DNA of 64,000 nucleotides, from contig OX597835.1 of the NCBI GenBank assembly GCA_951406725.2, forward strand, positions 28,148,001 to 28,212,000, read 5' to 3'. The notes under the pieces were generated by a model, which saw only the letters and a list, made by a program, of their open reading frames with translations, did not search any database and had not been told where the DNA came from. Source of the DNA: Octopus vulgaris (Eukaryota). Position numbers and translations under genes: made by a program. Shown one piece after another: positions 1 through 13,900 of this stretch. The first letter of the stretch is position 1. Each line of letters begins with the position of its first letter.

Positions 1-2682
1 CTCTCTATCTGTCGGTGGTTCATACATCCGAAAAGAAGCAGTCTAAAAAGTGTAAATTTGTGTGTGTGTATGTATGTATGTATGCAGATCAACAAACAAC
101 ATTGACGAAAGCTCGCTTGAGCTGCTAGAAATAGCAGTCAAACTTTTATCTACTCATCAGCGTCTTGGAGAAAACAAGGCACATCAAAATAATTCATTCC
201 AGCCATGTGTATGTATATATATATATATGTGTATGTATATATATATATATACATACACACACACACACACACATACATATATGCACATGGCTGGAATGCC
301 TTTGATCATAGGTTTGCTCAGGTTCAGTCGAAGCTGACCTGTGGTTAAATAAACATCGCGTGTTTAATACATTTCTGTGTTTTAGTAAAACTTAACGAAA
401 AACGAAACATTACACCAAAAACTCGTTAATTAATCCACAAACAAACAATTGCCAAATTACATAATGTAATATAAAATTAGGTTTTTAAAAAATACCAAGT
501 GGTGAAATAACCTCTGTGGCGGTCGCTTGGCGCGCTAGAAATAGCAACCAATTTGCACTTTAATCGTACGCTTTTGCCGTGTGGAGAAGGGCCTTGGGAA
601 GGACGCATTGGATAATGAAGACCCACATAATGATATAGCTTAGAAATAAAACGTGGGGGTGAGGTCACGGTCGATACGTTTTATCAACCTGATCTAAGGT
701 TGTATAACTCCAACAAACCAGCAAAAAAAGTATAAAAATTATATTGCAAACTGACAAACAAAAGGCCCCTGTATTCCCTCAGTTTATTTTAGATAGTTTC
801 CTGAAATTGTTCTTGTTTAAATCGTTTGTAAAATGACATATTTCCACCCGTTTTTAATGTTTGTGTTTCTAGGTTAATTATGACAATAATAAAATATTAT
901 TATTGTTAATAATAATTAGTAGTAGTTGTAATAATCCGAGTTATTTCTAACATATCCACCTGACCTAATCTTGATAGACAACCGAAAAAAAATGAGGGGA
1001 AGGTGCCCCCCTTTACGCGGTCGCTCTACCTGCTGGAAGTAGCAGCCAGATCTCCATCTCTTTCGCTTTCCCTCACATCGCACCCCTATCATAATACGCA
1101 CGGCTCACTAGACTGTGGTCTATATATATATATATACACACAGACATACATGTCTGCATACCGATACAAGTGTGCCTGCCGCTGTCTTTGTTGTTTCATA
1201 ACATTCAGAAAAATGAATATTTTTTTATGAAATTTTGTACAGGTATCTTTCAAGGTGTGTAGATCACGATTATATCAGAATTTAGGGAGAGAAAAGAAAA
1301 AAATGGTCAGTACGCACACATGCATATTGATACGTATCACAATATATGAGGAAACAAAGCTGACACGTGTAAATTTTCCGAAACTCCTCTCGCAAGCTCC
1401 GGAAAGAATTCTTCACAAAAGAAATTCCGTTACAATTAGAATCTACACAAAATCGTTTTTGCAGAAAACTTCATTAAAAAATATTCATTTTTCTGAATGT
1501 TATGAGGCAGGAAAATCGGTGATGGGGGCACACTTGTGTAGGTATGCCTCTCTCTCTCTCTCTCTGTATGTGTAATATGGTGTGGTTACGGTTGGATAGC
1601 TTTTAATAGTCGGTCTGCTGAATCTGGACTGACTTGTGACTGAACGGTTGCTGCCACTGCTACTCCATCTCTTGAACAAGAGCTTGGCGGTCGTTCACCC
1701 TACTACAGATAACTGCCAATTAGTTATGTGCAACTCTCCACCCCTTCACTTTTGAAGCTTCATTTTTTAGTATAAGTACGTTTTTTGGATATGCAGAATA
1801 TCGACAGGCAAAAATATTGTTTGATAAAATATTTATCAAAAATTTGAATATTTTTTCGATTATTAAAAGAAATGATAAATCCAAAGCACGTAAAAATAAT
1901 TTTTAAAAAAAGCTATAAACTATCGAAAAACGTATATCTGTAATAAGGTTCAAAAACGTGTTTGTAATTAACGATAATTCTATCAGCTGTCATCATCGAC
2001 ATGTGACCATTTCTTGTCGGCAGTTGGTCCTAATTTTTACTCGATCTGTTTAGGCACGCTCAGAGTGCTTCAGCACTCATTATCATTAGATATTGATGTC
2101 TCTGTTCCATGGGTTGGACTGGCATCGGTACATTATCAATACATACACACAACAGTAGCAGGATCGACACAGTGGCCGTAATGGTTCATAGTTCCATGCA
2201 GCGTTTGTGTTTAGGTATAAACTGGATAAGTTACAGCTTAGAGCTTTACAGTTTTAGAGGGAAGGGATTCATTTATTCATTTACTCGCCGCCCTATTGCA
2301 GTATCGACTGCAAGCCTGCATGTCACCACCCCTAACACAAAGGAGAGAAAAATCAATAAATATAGGGGCTTGGCCAGCCCCTATCAGTTTGTGCCAGTCA
2401 CCATCTAGACATCAGCTGTTCTTGGACCCGTTTCTATCAATTCCCCCCGCAAAATAGGGACAATTGTGGCCTATCAGAAAAACAAGCCCCACAAGGTGAG
2501 GTGACTGTTAGAAGTGAGTGTCGCTGGCTGTTCTCTGCAGCAACACCATCGTGGTCATTACTGTGGGGTATGGCTGAGCACACCAATTGTTCTAGGTTGT
2601 GTAACCCATCAACCCCTCCTGCTCCATCTTATGCTTCTTTACCCCACCTTTTTTATTTTTTCCTTATCTCTCTTTTGCCGTG

Positions 2683-2990
2683 TTTCATCATCATCATTTA
2701 CCGTCCGCTTGGACGGTTCAACTGGGGTCTGGGAAGCCAGGAGGCTGCGCCAGGCCCAGTCTGATCTGGCAGTGTTTCTACGGCTGAATGCCCTTCCTAA
2801 CGCCAACCACTCCGTGAGTGTAGTGGGTGCTTTTTACGTGCCAGACGGGGCTAGCAAACGGCCACGGTCGGATGGTGCTTTTTACGTGCCCCCAGCATGG
2901 AGGCCCGTCGGGGTGGCGCTGGCAACGGCCACATTCGGATGGTTCGCTTACATGCCACCGGCACTGGTATCACAGCTACAATTTCCTGGG
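2683..2990 (-). mobile_element. RTE-type LINE 3' end (family B, (GAT)n tail)
   Basis: Shares the ggagtggttggcgttaggaagggcatccagc...ccaacccatgctagcatggaaagcggacgttaaacgatgatgat tail with many copies (4430, 5875, 9290, 9900, 28650, 35757, 45853, 52740, 54150, 55190, 62390). Confidence 0.75.
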
Positions 2991-3006
2991 AAATAAAACT
3001 GAGCAG

Positions 3007-3332
3007 TGAAGATGCATGGCTCAGTGGTTAGAGCGTCAGGCTCACAATCATGTGATAGTGAGTTCGATTCCTGGGCCAAGCTGTGTTGTGTTCTTGAATA
3101 AGACACTTTATTTCATGTTACTGTATTTCACTTATCTGTAGAAATGGGTTGCAATGCCACCAGTGCCAAGCTGTATCGGTCTTTACCTTTCCCATGGATA
3201 ACATCAGTGGCATGGAGAGAGGAGGCTGGTATGCCTGGGTGGCTGCTGGTCGTCCACAAACAACCTTGCCCGGAGAGGAATTTTCTAGGTGCAATCCCAT
3301 GGTCATTCAGGACCGAAGGGGGGTCTTTACCC
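3007..3332 (+). mobile_element. tRNA-derived SINE, family C
   Basis: A box tggctcagtgg, B box gttcgattcc. Homologous copies at 55880-56217 (-), 61073-61407 (+) and a partial copy at 29672-29785. Confidence 0.8.
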
Positions 3333-3409
3333 TAAAACTGAGCAACTGCTACTTCAGTACCTATACCATCTAGTGGCATAGAACAACTCACTAGGACTTT
3401 GCATTACTG

Positions 3410-3733
3410 ATACTCCATCGGTTACGACGACAAGGGTTCCAGTTGATCCGATCAACGGAACAGCCTGCTCGTGAAATTAACGTGCAAGTGGCTGAGCACT
3501 CCACAGACACGTGTACCCTTAACACACTTCTCAGGTAGATTCAGTGTGACACAGGATGTGACAAGGCTGGCCACTTTCAAATTACAGGTACTACTCATTT
3601 TTATCAGCTGAGTGAACTGGAGCAACATGAAATAAAGAGTCTTGCTCAAGGACAGAATGCACCACCAGCAATCGAACTCACAACCTTGAGTTTGTGAGCT
3701 CAATGCTCCTAACCATTAAGCCACGCGCCTTCA
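3410..3733 (-). mobile_element. tRNA-derived SINE, family D
   Basis: Minus-strand head gtgaaggcgcgtggcttaatggttagg...gttcgatt; the body matches 56550-56862 (-). Confidence 0.8.
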
Positions 3734-4065
3734 CTAGGACTTTGCATACAAAATCTCAATATTTTTTGAAATGCAGCAGACCTTATCTTTTACTTGTTTC
3801 AGTCATTTGACTGTGACTAAGCTGGAGTATTGCTCTGAAAGGTTTTAGTCGAATGAATCGACGCCAGGACATTTTTTTTTACGCCTTGTACTTATTCTAT
3901 TGATCTCTTTGCCAAACTGCTAAGTTACAGGGACATAAACACACACCAAATGTCAAGTGATGGTGAGGGACAGACACAAAGACACACACACACACACACA
4001 CACACATTTATACATGCATCTAGTCCACACTGTAAAGTGGTTGGCATTTGGAAGGGCATCTAGCT

Positions 4066-4430
4066 AAACGCCGCCGCCGTGGTGATCTCATTCTTGCTCA
4101 CAACATCATAAGTGGAAAGTGTAACCTCTTGAAAGAGTTGTTCTTCACTCCTGCTCCAGAGCATCGGCTGCGGGGTCACTCCAAAAAGCTCTATCTGCGA
4201 CGATTTCATCTCAATCGAAGGAGAGGGACTTTCTCCGTCCGGGTTGCGGATCCGTGGAATAAGCTGCTGGACGAGATAGTGAAGATGCCGACGACTGCTC
4301 AGTTCAAAGTCTCTCTTGACCAGAAATGGCCTGAACTCTTTGCATGAACACCCTCCCTGTACGTAACTCCATGTCCCCCTACATGGCCTTGCTTTTTGCT
4401 TTTTGAGCCAAAAAATTAACTTAACTTAAC
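4066..4430 (+). mobile_element. CR1-group LINE 3' fragment
   Basis: RRRRGDLI...LRGHSKKL...FSVRVADPWNKL...FKVSLD is the CR1-type ORF2 C-terminus; ends in (ttaac)n; nested inside other repeats. Confidence 0.85.
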
Positions 4431-5376
4431 CTCGCCTGTGCTGGTGCCATGTAAAAGCATTCAGTTTACTTGCTGGGTGGTTGGTGTTAGGAAGGGCATC
4501 CAGCTGTAAAAACCCTGCCAAAACAGATGCAGAAACCTGGAGCAGGCTTCTGACTGGCCGGCTCTGGTCAAATCATGCAAGCCATGCCAGAATGGAAAGT
4601 GGATGTTAAATGATGATGATGATGACATACGATGAGCTTCTTCCAGTTTCCGTCTACCAAATCCACTCACAAAGCTTAGGTCAGCCCAAGGCTATAGTAG
4701 ATGACAGTTGCCCATGTGGGATTGAACCCAGAACCATGTGATTGGGAAGCAAGCTTTTTACCACACAGCCACATCAATTTTTTTTATTTTTTCACGCAAG
4801 GTGTTGTTTAGCCCAGAAACTCTTTTTTACATTTTGTGTATTATATATCACCACGAAGATATCTTTGAGAATGTCATAATGACATATACATGTAAACCAC
4901 TGTCATCCCCCGCACACACACAGAATTTGTCATTGGCAATAATATGGTTTATTTGTTAAAATTTGCATAACAAAGAATGTTAGTACCAGATTGTTCAAAA
5001 TTGCCATTCATAGAGAAAATATTTTGAATGGTCACAAAACAATGCAAATAGCATCAGATATGGATTTTGAATGATATTTGGCTGTCTGATAAATTCCTTC
5101 AGTTTTCTTACTTTTTTATATTTTATTCCTACTTGGTACTTAATTTGTCATATGTTTGGAAAGAGGTAAAATTTTATTTAAAAAAAAAATGATAAATGAT
5201 GAAAGTTGTGAGGAAGAATTGAGCTATAAAAAACACCCCCAAAAACCATCAATCACTATGATATATATATATACTTTTTTTCGTGCTAATTCAAATAACA
5301 CTGAAAAGATTAAAATAAACAGGGAAAAACTCCACAAAAAAACACAAATTTATTTGACAATCCTATATATTTATTT

Positions 5377-5685
5377 GTAGAGGCGCAATGGCTTAGTGGT
5401 TAGGGCAGCGGACTCGCGGTTGTAGGATTGCGGTTTCGATTCTCAGACCAGGCGTTGTGAGTGTTTATTGACCGAAAACACTTAAAGCTCCATGAGGCTC
5501 CGGCAGGGGCGTGGTGGTGATCCCTGCTGTACTCTTTCGCCACAACATTCTCTCACTCTTTCTTCTGTTGGCCTGCTCGCTTAGCCAGCGGGGTGGCGTC
5601 ATTTGAAGGGTAAAAAACAATACGAAGCGCATTGTGACCAGTGATGTGTAGCAACATCTGATAGCCTGGTCGGTCACGGTGATAT
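5377..5685 (+). mobile_element. tRNA-derived SINE, family E
   Basis: A and B boxes present; closely matching copy at 47993-48306; diverged copy at 62068-62320. Confidence 0.8.
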
Positions 5686-7246
5686 ATTTATTTACCCTTG
5701 TGAAAAAAAAAAACATTTCTGAAAGATTTTTATTCATAGACCCTAATGTTCAAAATCTAAATTTCTAAGACTATTATTACCTCCGCCTTAGCGAAGGCAG
5801 AGGTATTGTTTTCAGTCATATTTGTTTGTTGGTTTATCTGAAATGTGTAAAAGAGTAAAGAGTTAAAATATTAAGCTGGTGCAGGGGCCACGTTAGAAGC
5901 ACCCAGTGCCCTCTGTAAAGTAGTTGGCATTAGGAAGGGCATCAAGCTGTAGAAACCATACCATAGCTGACAGTGGAGCCTGGTGCAGCCCTTGGCCTTA
6001 TCAGCTCATGTCAAAACATCCAGTGTGGAGGTGTGTAGTTTAGTGGTTAGGGTGTTGGGCTCATGATCGTAAGATTGCGGTTTCAATTCTTGGACCAGGC
6101 AATGCATTGTGTTCTTGAGCAAAACACTTCATTTCATGTTGCTCCAGGCCACTCAGCTGGAAAAAAGGAGTTAATCCTGTAATGGACTGGCATCCCATCC
6201 AGGAGGGGAATATGTCATGAAAACCAGGAAACTGGCCCTTACGAGTGATTCGACAAGGTAACCTTTTTTTTTTAAGCTGTCCAACCCATACCAGCCTTTA
6301 AAATGGACATTAAATTATGATGATGATGATGATGATTTTGGGTGTTGTAGAAGTATGCACAATTTATTGCTCAAAAATTTTAATAATAAAATCTTTATCT
6401 GGATCCCCTAGGGTCATATGGACCCCAGTTGAGAACCACTGGTCTATAAGAAAAAGACAGGATGGGCAAGGCTGGCATGCTTTTGATCATAGGTTGGTAC
6501 AATGAAGGCTGACCTATGGCTAAACAGTGGCAATAATCTCAGTGAAGAAATCTGAACATGGCCATTGGATCTGCTAGAAAAAATAGATCTCCCTTCAGTC
6601 ACCCACTTTTACAGTATTAACCCTTCACCTGTCCTTTGTACCATGTGATCATGTGATACACAGGACATATTTTTCTGGCATCCATGCATCATTCATGATA
6701 CATGTTCCCAATTTCTTTTGGCTTTTGTTTTTTCAATCACCAGAGAATAACTTGGGTCCTGTGAAAGGAACATGAAACAAGAGCTAACTAAAAAGTCTGA
6801 TAAAAATTCCGATAAGGTCAACTTTGCCTTTTGTCCTTTCGGGGTCCATAAATTCAGTACCAGTTGCGTACTGGGGTTGATTTAATCGGCTGCTCCCTCT
6901 TCCCAAAAATTTCAGGCCTTGTGCCTAGAGTACAAAAGAACATAGAATACAGTTGTTGATGTATTAGAGAAGTCTTTGTCATCAAAATAGAAATAGCAGC
7001 CAAACTTCATGCATTGGTAGTTATTTGAAAGAGTCAAAAAATAGAGAAATTATTAAATGAACTGACTGACACTTTCTGTAATGTAGTCCTAGATGGACGA
7101 TATACTCTATGTGATTAAGAAATGGAGCAACCATGGTGGCAATCCCTTTGATCACAAGTCGACTCAATAAGAACTGACCTGGTTGCTTAACAACCTTCAA
7201 ATGGTTTCTGTTAAACTACTTATCTACATTTATGCTCATAGTGTAA

Positions 7247-7299
7247 ATGTGTGTGTGTATATGTGTTTGTGTGTATGTATGTTTGTGTGTATGTATGAA

Positions 7300-7330
<31 letters not shown>

Positions 7331-8245
7331 GTATGAATGTGTGTGTATGTTTGAATGTCTGTGTGTGTATGTATGTGTCTATATATGTATGTATGTATTT
7401 GTGTGTGCATGTATGTATGTGTACGTGCATGTGTGTGTGTATGTATATATGTATGTGTTCTTGTATGTATGTATGTGTGTTTGTGTGTGTCTGAACAAGC
7501 ACGTGTGTATGTATGTGTGAGTGAATGTGTGTGTACGCATGTGCGTTTGTTCTTGTTATATTCCTATATATTCAGTGCCTTTTTTGAGTGGGATCAGAAT
7601 AAACATGCTTTCATACACACATACATACCAATAAGCATACATAGATACAACCATATGTACATAGACACACACATACACATACATCAATAAGCATGCAGTA
7701 ATACAATTATATGTACACACACACACACACAGACATATGTACATACATACATACATACATGCATGCATTTATACATACATACCTATAAGCATGCATAGAT
7801 ACAACCATATGTACACACACACACATACATACATACACATCAATAAGCATGCATAGATACAACCATATGTACACACACACACATACATACATACACATCA
7901 ATAAGCATGCATCAATACAATTATATGTACATACACACACGCTCACATACATGCATGCATGCAATCATAAATACAACCATATGTACATACATGCACACAC
8001 AAAGACATACGTATGTACATACATGCATGCATAGATACCACCATATGTACACACACACACGCTCACATATGTACATGCATGCATTTATACATACATACAT
8101 ACACACCAATAAGCAATCATAAATACAACCATATGTACATACATGCACACACAAAGACATACGTATGTACATACATGCATGCATAGATACTACCATATGT
8201 ACACACACACACACACACACAATCATACACACAAACACATACATA
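7247..8245. repeat. Compound (GT)n/(AC)n microsatellite with ~60-bp higher-order units
   Basis: A GT-rich half followed by an AC-rich half with recurring aataagcatgcatagatacaaccatatgtac units. Confidence 0.9.
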
Positions 8246-8659
8246 TTTGACTGGTCAGCAGAGAAAACCTGCTACATTGATATTAAAAGCTGCCGTGATC
8301 CTGACATCAACTGGGAAGTTTCTATAGAGATAACAATATCAACAGATTCTCACTCAAAAGAAACAAAGATGGAAGGAAGAGACAGACTTAACATCAGCCA
8401 AGATGGCAAGCTTTCAACACTGCTTTGCATCACTCTGGCAACATCTGCCAAGCAACAGCAGCAAAAAAAAAAAAAAAAAATGCATCAACAATGTACTCAG
8501 AAGTGAAGAGAACGTCTTACAGGTGTGTAGAGAACTCATTAAGGTGTAGTCCTTTTCCAGTGACACCCATGTGGCTTCAGAATTTCTGGACTGGTGTACT
8601 TCGACGAAAACCTGGAGGAGTAACTCTGCACACTGCAAAATGTTTATGAATGGGTATGA

Positions 8660-9290
8660 TGATCATCATCAACATTTAACATCGGTTTTCTATGCTGGCA
8701 TGGGTTAGATGACTTGACAGGAACTGGTGAGGTCAGAGGTCACACCAGATTCCATAATCTGTTTTGGCATGGTTTCTACATCTGGGTGCCTTTCCTAATG
8801 TCAACTCCACAGAGTGTACTGGGTGCTTTCTGTATGGCACCATCATCAGTGCTTTTATGTGGCACCAGCATCAGTGCTTTTTACATGGCACCTCGGTTTT
8901 TAGAATCCCAATTCTGTTGTGGTGGGCAGGTCTTCTTAAGTACAGCAATGCACCGCATATCTTGGTCCTTTGTCATCTCCATTTGTAAGGTTCAACAGTT
9001 TGAGATTGGCCTTCAATACTTCACCCCATGTCTTCCTGGGTCTCCCTCTTCCACAACTTCCTTCCACTTTATGATCAGCACTTCTTTATGCAACTATCCT
9101 CATCCATCCGCACCACAGTGCAGTTTCCTCTCTTGCACACTACATCTAATACTTCTTATGTTCACTTCTCTCTCAATACACATGCACACTGACATTGCAC
9201 ATCCAGCAGAGCAAACCAGCTTCGTTCCTTTCCAGCCATTTCACATCCTCTACATTCAGGGCCCTCAACTAATTACCATGCAGCATTGAT
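8660..9290 (-). mobile_element. RTE LINE 3' fragment (ORF C-terminus plus family B 3'UTR)
   Basis: The reverse complement matches the degenerate RPRKTWGEVLK region seen at 23480 and 40955. Confidence 0.7.
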
Positions 9291-10120
9291 GGAAATTGTA
9301 GTTAAGACACCCGTGCCAGTGACACGTAAAAAGCACCATCCGAATGTGGCAAATACTAGCGTTGCCTGACTGGCGTCTGTGTCGGCGACATGTTAAAGCA
9401 CCAACCGATCGTGGCCGTTTGCCAGCCTGCTCTGGCTCCTGTGCCGTTGGCACATAAAAAACACCCACTACACTCATGGAGTGGTTGGCGTTAAGAAGGG
9501 CATCCAGCTGTAGAAACTCTGCCAAATCAGACTAGAGCCTGGTGCAGCCTTCATGGCTTCCCAGACCCCGGTTGAACCGTCCAACCCATGCTAGCATGGA
9601 AAACGGACGTTAAATGATGATGATGATAATGATTGCAGTTCAGATTCCTGGATCATACAATCTTCCCATCACTCAGAAAGAGAAACCTGTGGTTGCCAAC
9701 AGAAGTAAAAGCTCTCTGAACTTTCCCCATCCCTGTAAACTTAACACTCACAGCACTGATTAAAACCACATATCTCTTCTACTACAAGACACCTGTTTCT
9801 GTCCCTCTGCTAAACTGTGACCTTTCATCACTTGGCACAGAGCCACCTCCCTCAATACTACTCACTCCTACACCTTAGTTAAAAGGGTCTCGTCTTGCAA
9901 GTTACTTGGTGACCTCATTGGTGCTGGTGCCTCATAAAAAAAACATCCAGCACACTCTGTAAAGTGGTTGACAGTAGGAAGGGCATTCAACCCAAAGAAA
10001 ACATACCAAGGCAAACAATGGGGCCTGGTGCAGACTTCTGACTTACCAGCTCCAGTCAAACTGTCCAACCTATGCCAGAATGGCTGCAGTCAAATGACTG
10101 AAACAAGTAAAAGAATATAT

Positions 10121-10518
10121 AGGAGTAGCTGTGTGGTAAGTAGCTTGTTTACCAACCACATGGTTCCGGGTTCAGTCCCACTGCGTGGCACCTTGGGCAA
10201 GTGTCTTCTACTATAGCCTCGGCCCGACCAAAGCCTTGTGAGTCGATTTGGTAGACGGAAACTGAAAGAAGCCCATCGTATATATGTATATATATATGTG
10301 TGTGTGCGTGTATGTTTGTGTGTCTGTGTTTGTCCCATCCAACATTGCCTGACAACCGATGCTGGTGTGTTTATGTCCCCGTCACTTAGCAGTTTGGCAA
10401 TAAGAGACCGATAGAATAAGTACTAGGCTTACAAAGAATAAGTCCCGGGGTCGAGTTGCTCGATTAAAGGTGGTGCTCCAGCATGGCCGCAGTCAAATGA
10501 CTGGAACAAGTAAAAGAG
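10121..10518 (+). mobile_element. tRNA-derived SINE, family A (internal microsatellite, tail gactgaaacaagtaaaagag)
   Basis: Near-identical to the copies at 18547, 22513 and 54417. Confidence 0.85.
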
Positions 10519-10803
10519 AAAGAGAGAGAGAGAGAGATACACATGCACATAGATACAGTCATGCACACCTCTATATTTATGTATGTGCAACATGCGCCAT
10601 GCCTTTTTACGAACATTCTCATACACCTACATATACACATGTATATACACACATATACAGATACATAGCTATGCAAACACACAAGCATACATACCCACAA
10701 GCACTTACATACCTATACACGCACATTCCTACATACATAAACACCTGTACATACACACACACCATACCTACCTCTAAACACACATACTTTCATAAGTACC
10801 TAC

Positions 10804-10878
<75 letters not shown>

Positions 10879-10881
<3 letters not shown>

Positions 10882-11070
10882 CTCCTGGCAAAAAATTTTG
10901 CAGTCACCACACATAGAGGATACTCACCTGGTTTTTTTTTTTTACTTTATAACAAATAAATAAATGTGGGAGATGACAGAAAACAATTTTTATTTTGCAG
11001 CTGAAACATTCTAGCTTCAAGGAAAACACTTCAGACAAATTAAATCATTTTAATTAACAGCCATATTTTT
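10879..11070. mobile_element. Possible Tc1-like terminal fragment
   Basis: TA-CAGCTCCTGGCAAAAAATTTTGCAGTCACCAC after (TA)n resembles a Tc1-type TIR; no partner end was found. Confidence 0.35.
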
Positions 11071-11470
11071 CTCGAGACTGACACTGCTTGTCTGTTGTCT
11101 TTTACTTGTTGTAATCATTGGACAGCAGCCATGCTGTGACACCACCTCGAAGGGTTTTGTTGAACAAAGTGAACCTAGTACTTGATTTTCGAAAGCCTGG
11201 TACTTAATCTGTCAGTCACTTTTTTCTCCCCTGAACCTCTATGGGGCAATAAACAAACCAACAGTGGTTTGCAAGAAAGCAGTGCTGGGAGACAATCGCA
11301 AATATGGAAACATACACACATCCATCCATCTATCCTACCATCCACTCACCCACCCAGCCATACATATATACATACATCTTTGCGTGCATGTGTGTGTGTG
11401 TGCAACAGGTTGCTTTTTTCAGTTTCTGGCTGCCAGATCCACTCACAAAGCTTTGGTGATTGTTTTAATC

Positions 11471-11578
11471 AGTCACCTGAAGAGGTGCATTTTACACCTT
11501 GGATGTATGATAATGATTACACGACATCTCACTAATGTATTACTGGATCAAAAATGCATTGAAACTGTTGTAGTGATT
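11471..11578 (+). ncRNA. Type I hammerhead ribozyme-like motif with canonical core and long loop II
   Basis: agtcac-CTGAAGA-ggtgcatttt-[57 nt]-aaaatgcatt-GAAAC-tgtt-GTA-gtgatt. All three helices pair (with G-U); AATAAA follows at 11582. Confidence 0.7.
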
Positions 11579-12365
11579 TTAAATAAAGAATATCGTTCAG
11601 TCCAGTGTCTATCATTTATCTATTTATATAAACTCTACATGCTGTGGAATTCCTTATTCATATCCAGTTGCGGGGACATTTCCATGGTATGATGACATCA
11701 AGTAGCCATTATCTGTGAATGAGTTTTGCAAAGCATTCTACAAGGTTTTTACCTGTATCTTCCTTAACTATATGTATACATTATTTTGAAAATAGTGATG
11801 AATTCAGTAAAATAACTGTCATGGCTGGCAAAATAATCATTAGTATTTTGGAAAAAATGCTTAATGGCATATCATCCATCTTCATGTTCTGAGTTCAAAT
11901 TCTGCTGAGGTCGGCTTTTCTTTTCATCCTTTCGGCATTGCTAAAATATGTATCCATTGAACAGTGGGGTTGATATAATCAAGCAATTTTTCCTACAAAA
12001 TTTCAGGTTTTGTGCCTACAATAGAGAAAATTATTGTTTGGAACATAAATTAACGTGAAATGTTGATTGAAGGTTTTAAATTATATAGTTTTAATCCTTT
12101 TGTTACCAGGTTTTTATTGAAATACACTGCCTTTGTTTCAGTTAATATTTAAAATAATGAAGAATTTAGGAATATAACTTTGTCATTATGAATGTAATGT
12201 TTGGAATATAAATTAAGAGACATTTTGACTGACGGTTTTAATTTAGGTCACTTTAAGCATAAGTGTGCATCATACAACAAGGAAGCATTTCGGTAAAATA
12301 AATTTGCTGCTGTTAGAAAGAAACTGACTTGAGCTTTTGAGTGAAGGTTTAAATTTAGATTCTCT

Positions 12366-13092
12366 TAACCTTTTAGCATTTTTCAGGCCATCTCTGGCCA
12401 ATATATGCTAACTGTTTTATGTTCAGAACTGGCCAGGTCTGGGTCTCTCACATTTACGCTACATCATTGAAATCTTGAAGCTACAAGATTATGCGTAATT
12501 AATTCAAAACAATTTGAATTGGCATCCGTACTAGTGGGGTGCAAAGAGCACCATACGAGCGTGATCATTGACAGAGCGGCTAACCGGCTTCCGTGCCAGT
12601 GACACATAAAAGGCACCATTCGAGTGTGATCGTTACCAGCGTCGCCTTACTGGCACTTGTGCCTGTGCTAGTAGGGTGCCAAGAGCACCATCTGACATCA
12701 TCGTTGCCAGAGCAGCCAACTGGCTTTTGTGCCAGTGGCACACAAAAAGGCACCATTCGAGCATGATCATTACCAACGTCGCCTTACTGGCACCTGTACT
12801 GGTGGTATTTGTAAAAAGATTTGAGTGAGGTCGTTGCCAGTACCACCTGACTGGCCCCCGTGCCAGTGGCATGTAAAAAGCACTCACTACACTCTCGGGG
12901 TGGTTGGCGTTAGGAAGGGCATCCAGCTGTAGAAACTCTGCCAGATCAAGATTGGAGCCTGGTGCAGCCATCTGGTTCACCAGCCCTCAGTCAAAATCGT
13001 CCAACCCATGCTAGCATGGAAAGCAGACGTTAAACGATGATGATGATGATGAAGGATTACATTTTACAGAATAATCTGAATGCTAAAGGGTT
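12366..13092. mobile_element. TTAA/piggyBac-type MITE interrupted by an RTE family B copy (about 12520-13052)
   Basis: Ends ttaaccttttagcatt ... aatgctaaagggtt; the inner insert ends in (GAT)n. Confidence 0.7.
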
Positions 13093-13599
13093 GAGCATGA
13101 AGTATGTATCATAGAAGCAGGGGGTAGACTCAGATGGGGTCATCTCAAATGGGTTATCTACCATGCAGCCCCATGTTATAAATGAGTGTTGAAATTCCAG
13201 TGTTTTTTCTTTCTTTTCAAACATTCGTTTTTATGTTTAATTAGAATGATACTTGACCCAAAAGTTCCAGCATCATCTCCTTGGCCAATAAATATTCTTC
13301 GATTCCTTGCCGAATATCCCTTTTATCCAATCATCTGTATTTCATGACTGCTTCCTTTTCAACCTCTGTAACCTTTTTTTTTTTTTTTCATATTTGTTAC
13401 ACTTGTTTCAATCATTGAACTGTGACCATGCTGGGGCATCATTTTAAACGGTTTAATCTGACAAATTGACATCTAGCTGTAGAAATCATATCAAAGCAGA
13501 TACTGGAGCTCACCATGGTCGTCTAAACTTGTCGGTTTCTGTCCAAATGTCCAACTCATGGCAGAATAGCACACTGACATTAAATCCTTACAACACTTG

Positions 13600-13900
13600 A
13601 GGGTCCATTACATTACATATCCCATAGTCTGGTTGACTGTTGGGACACTCCTGGTGACCTTGCGACCAGGTCCCTCCACCCATCTCTGTCTTCTGCCTCT
13701 CACACTGCGTCTCTCATTTTTAGGCCTGTCCTCTCACAGATGGTGTTTCCCTCACCTCTTTCTGTCTGCCTCTGCATCTGCCACTTTCGACTGTTCCCCA
13801 AAGGATTGTTTTGGCCATCCCTGATGAGAGGGTGACATGCCCAAACCACCTAACCTTGTGTTTCTTTACTGGGGTAAGAAGTTCCTCATAGGGCCCTGTT
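13600..13900 (-). mobile_element. Degenerate RTE-clade LINE 3' fragment
   Basis: The minus strand gives frameshifted GHVT...AKTIL.GTVE.GR.RGRQK remnants. Confidence 0.55.

Noticed and set aside
8245-8645. Host exon in ORF 8165-8506
   Set aside because: Frame-broken and lacking splice signals; more like a decayed LINE 3' end, too weak to classify.
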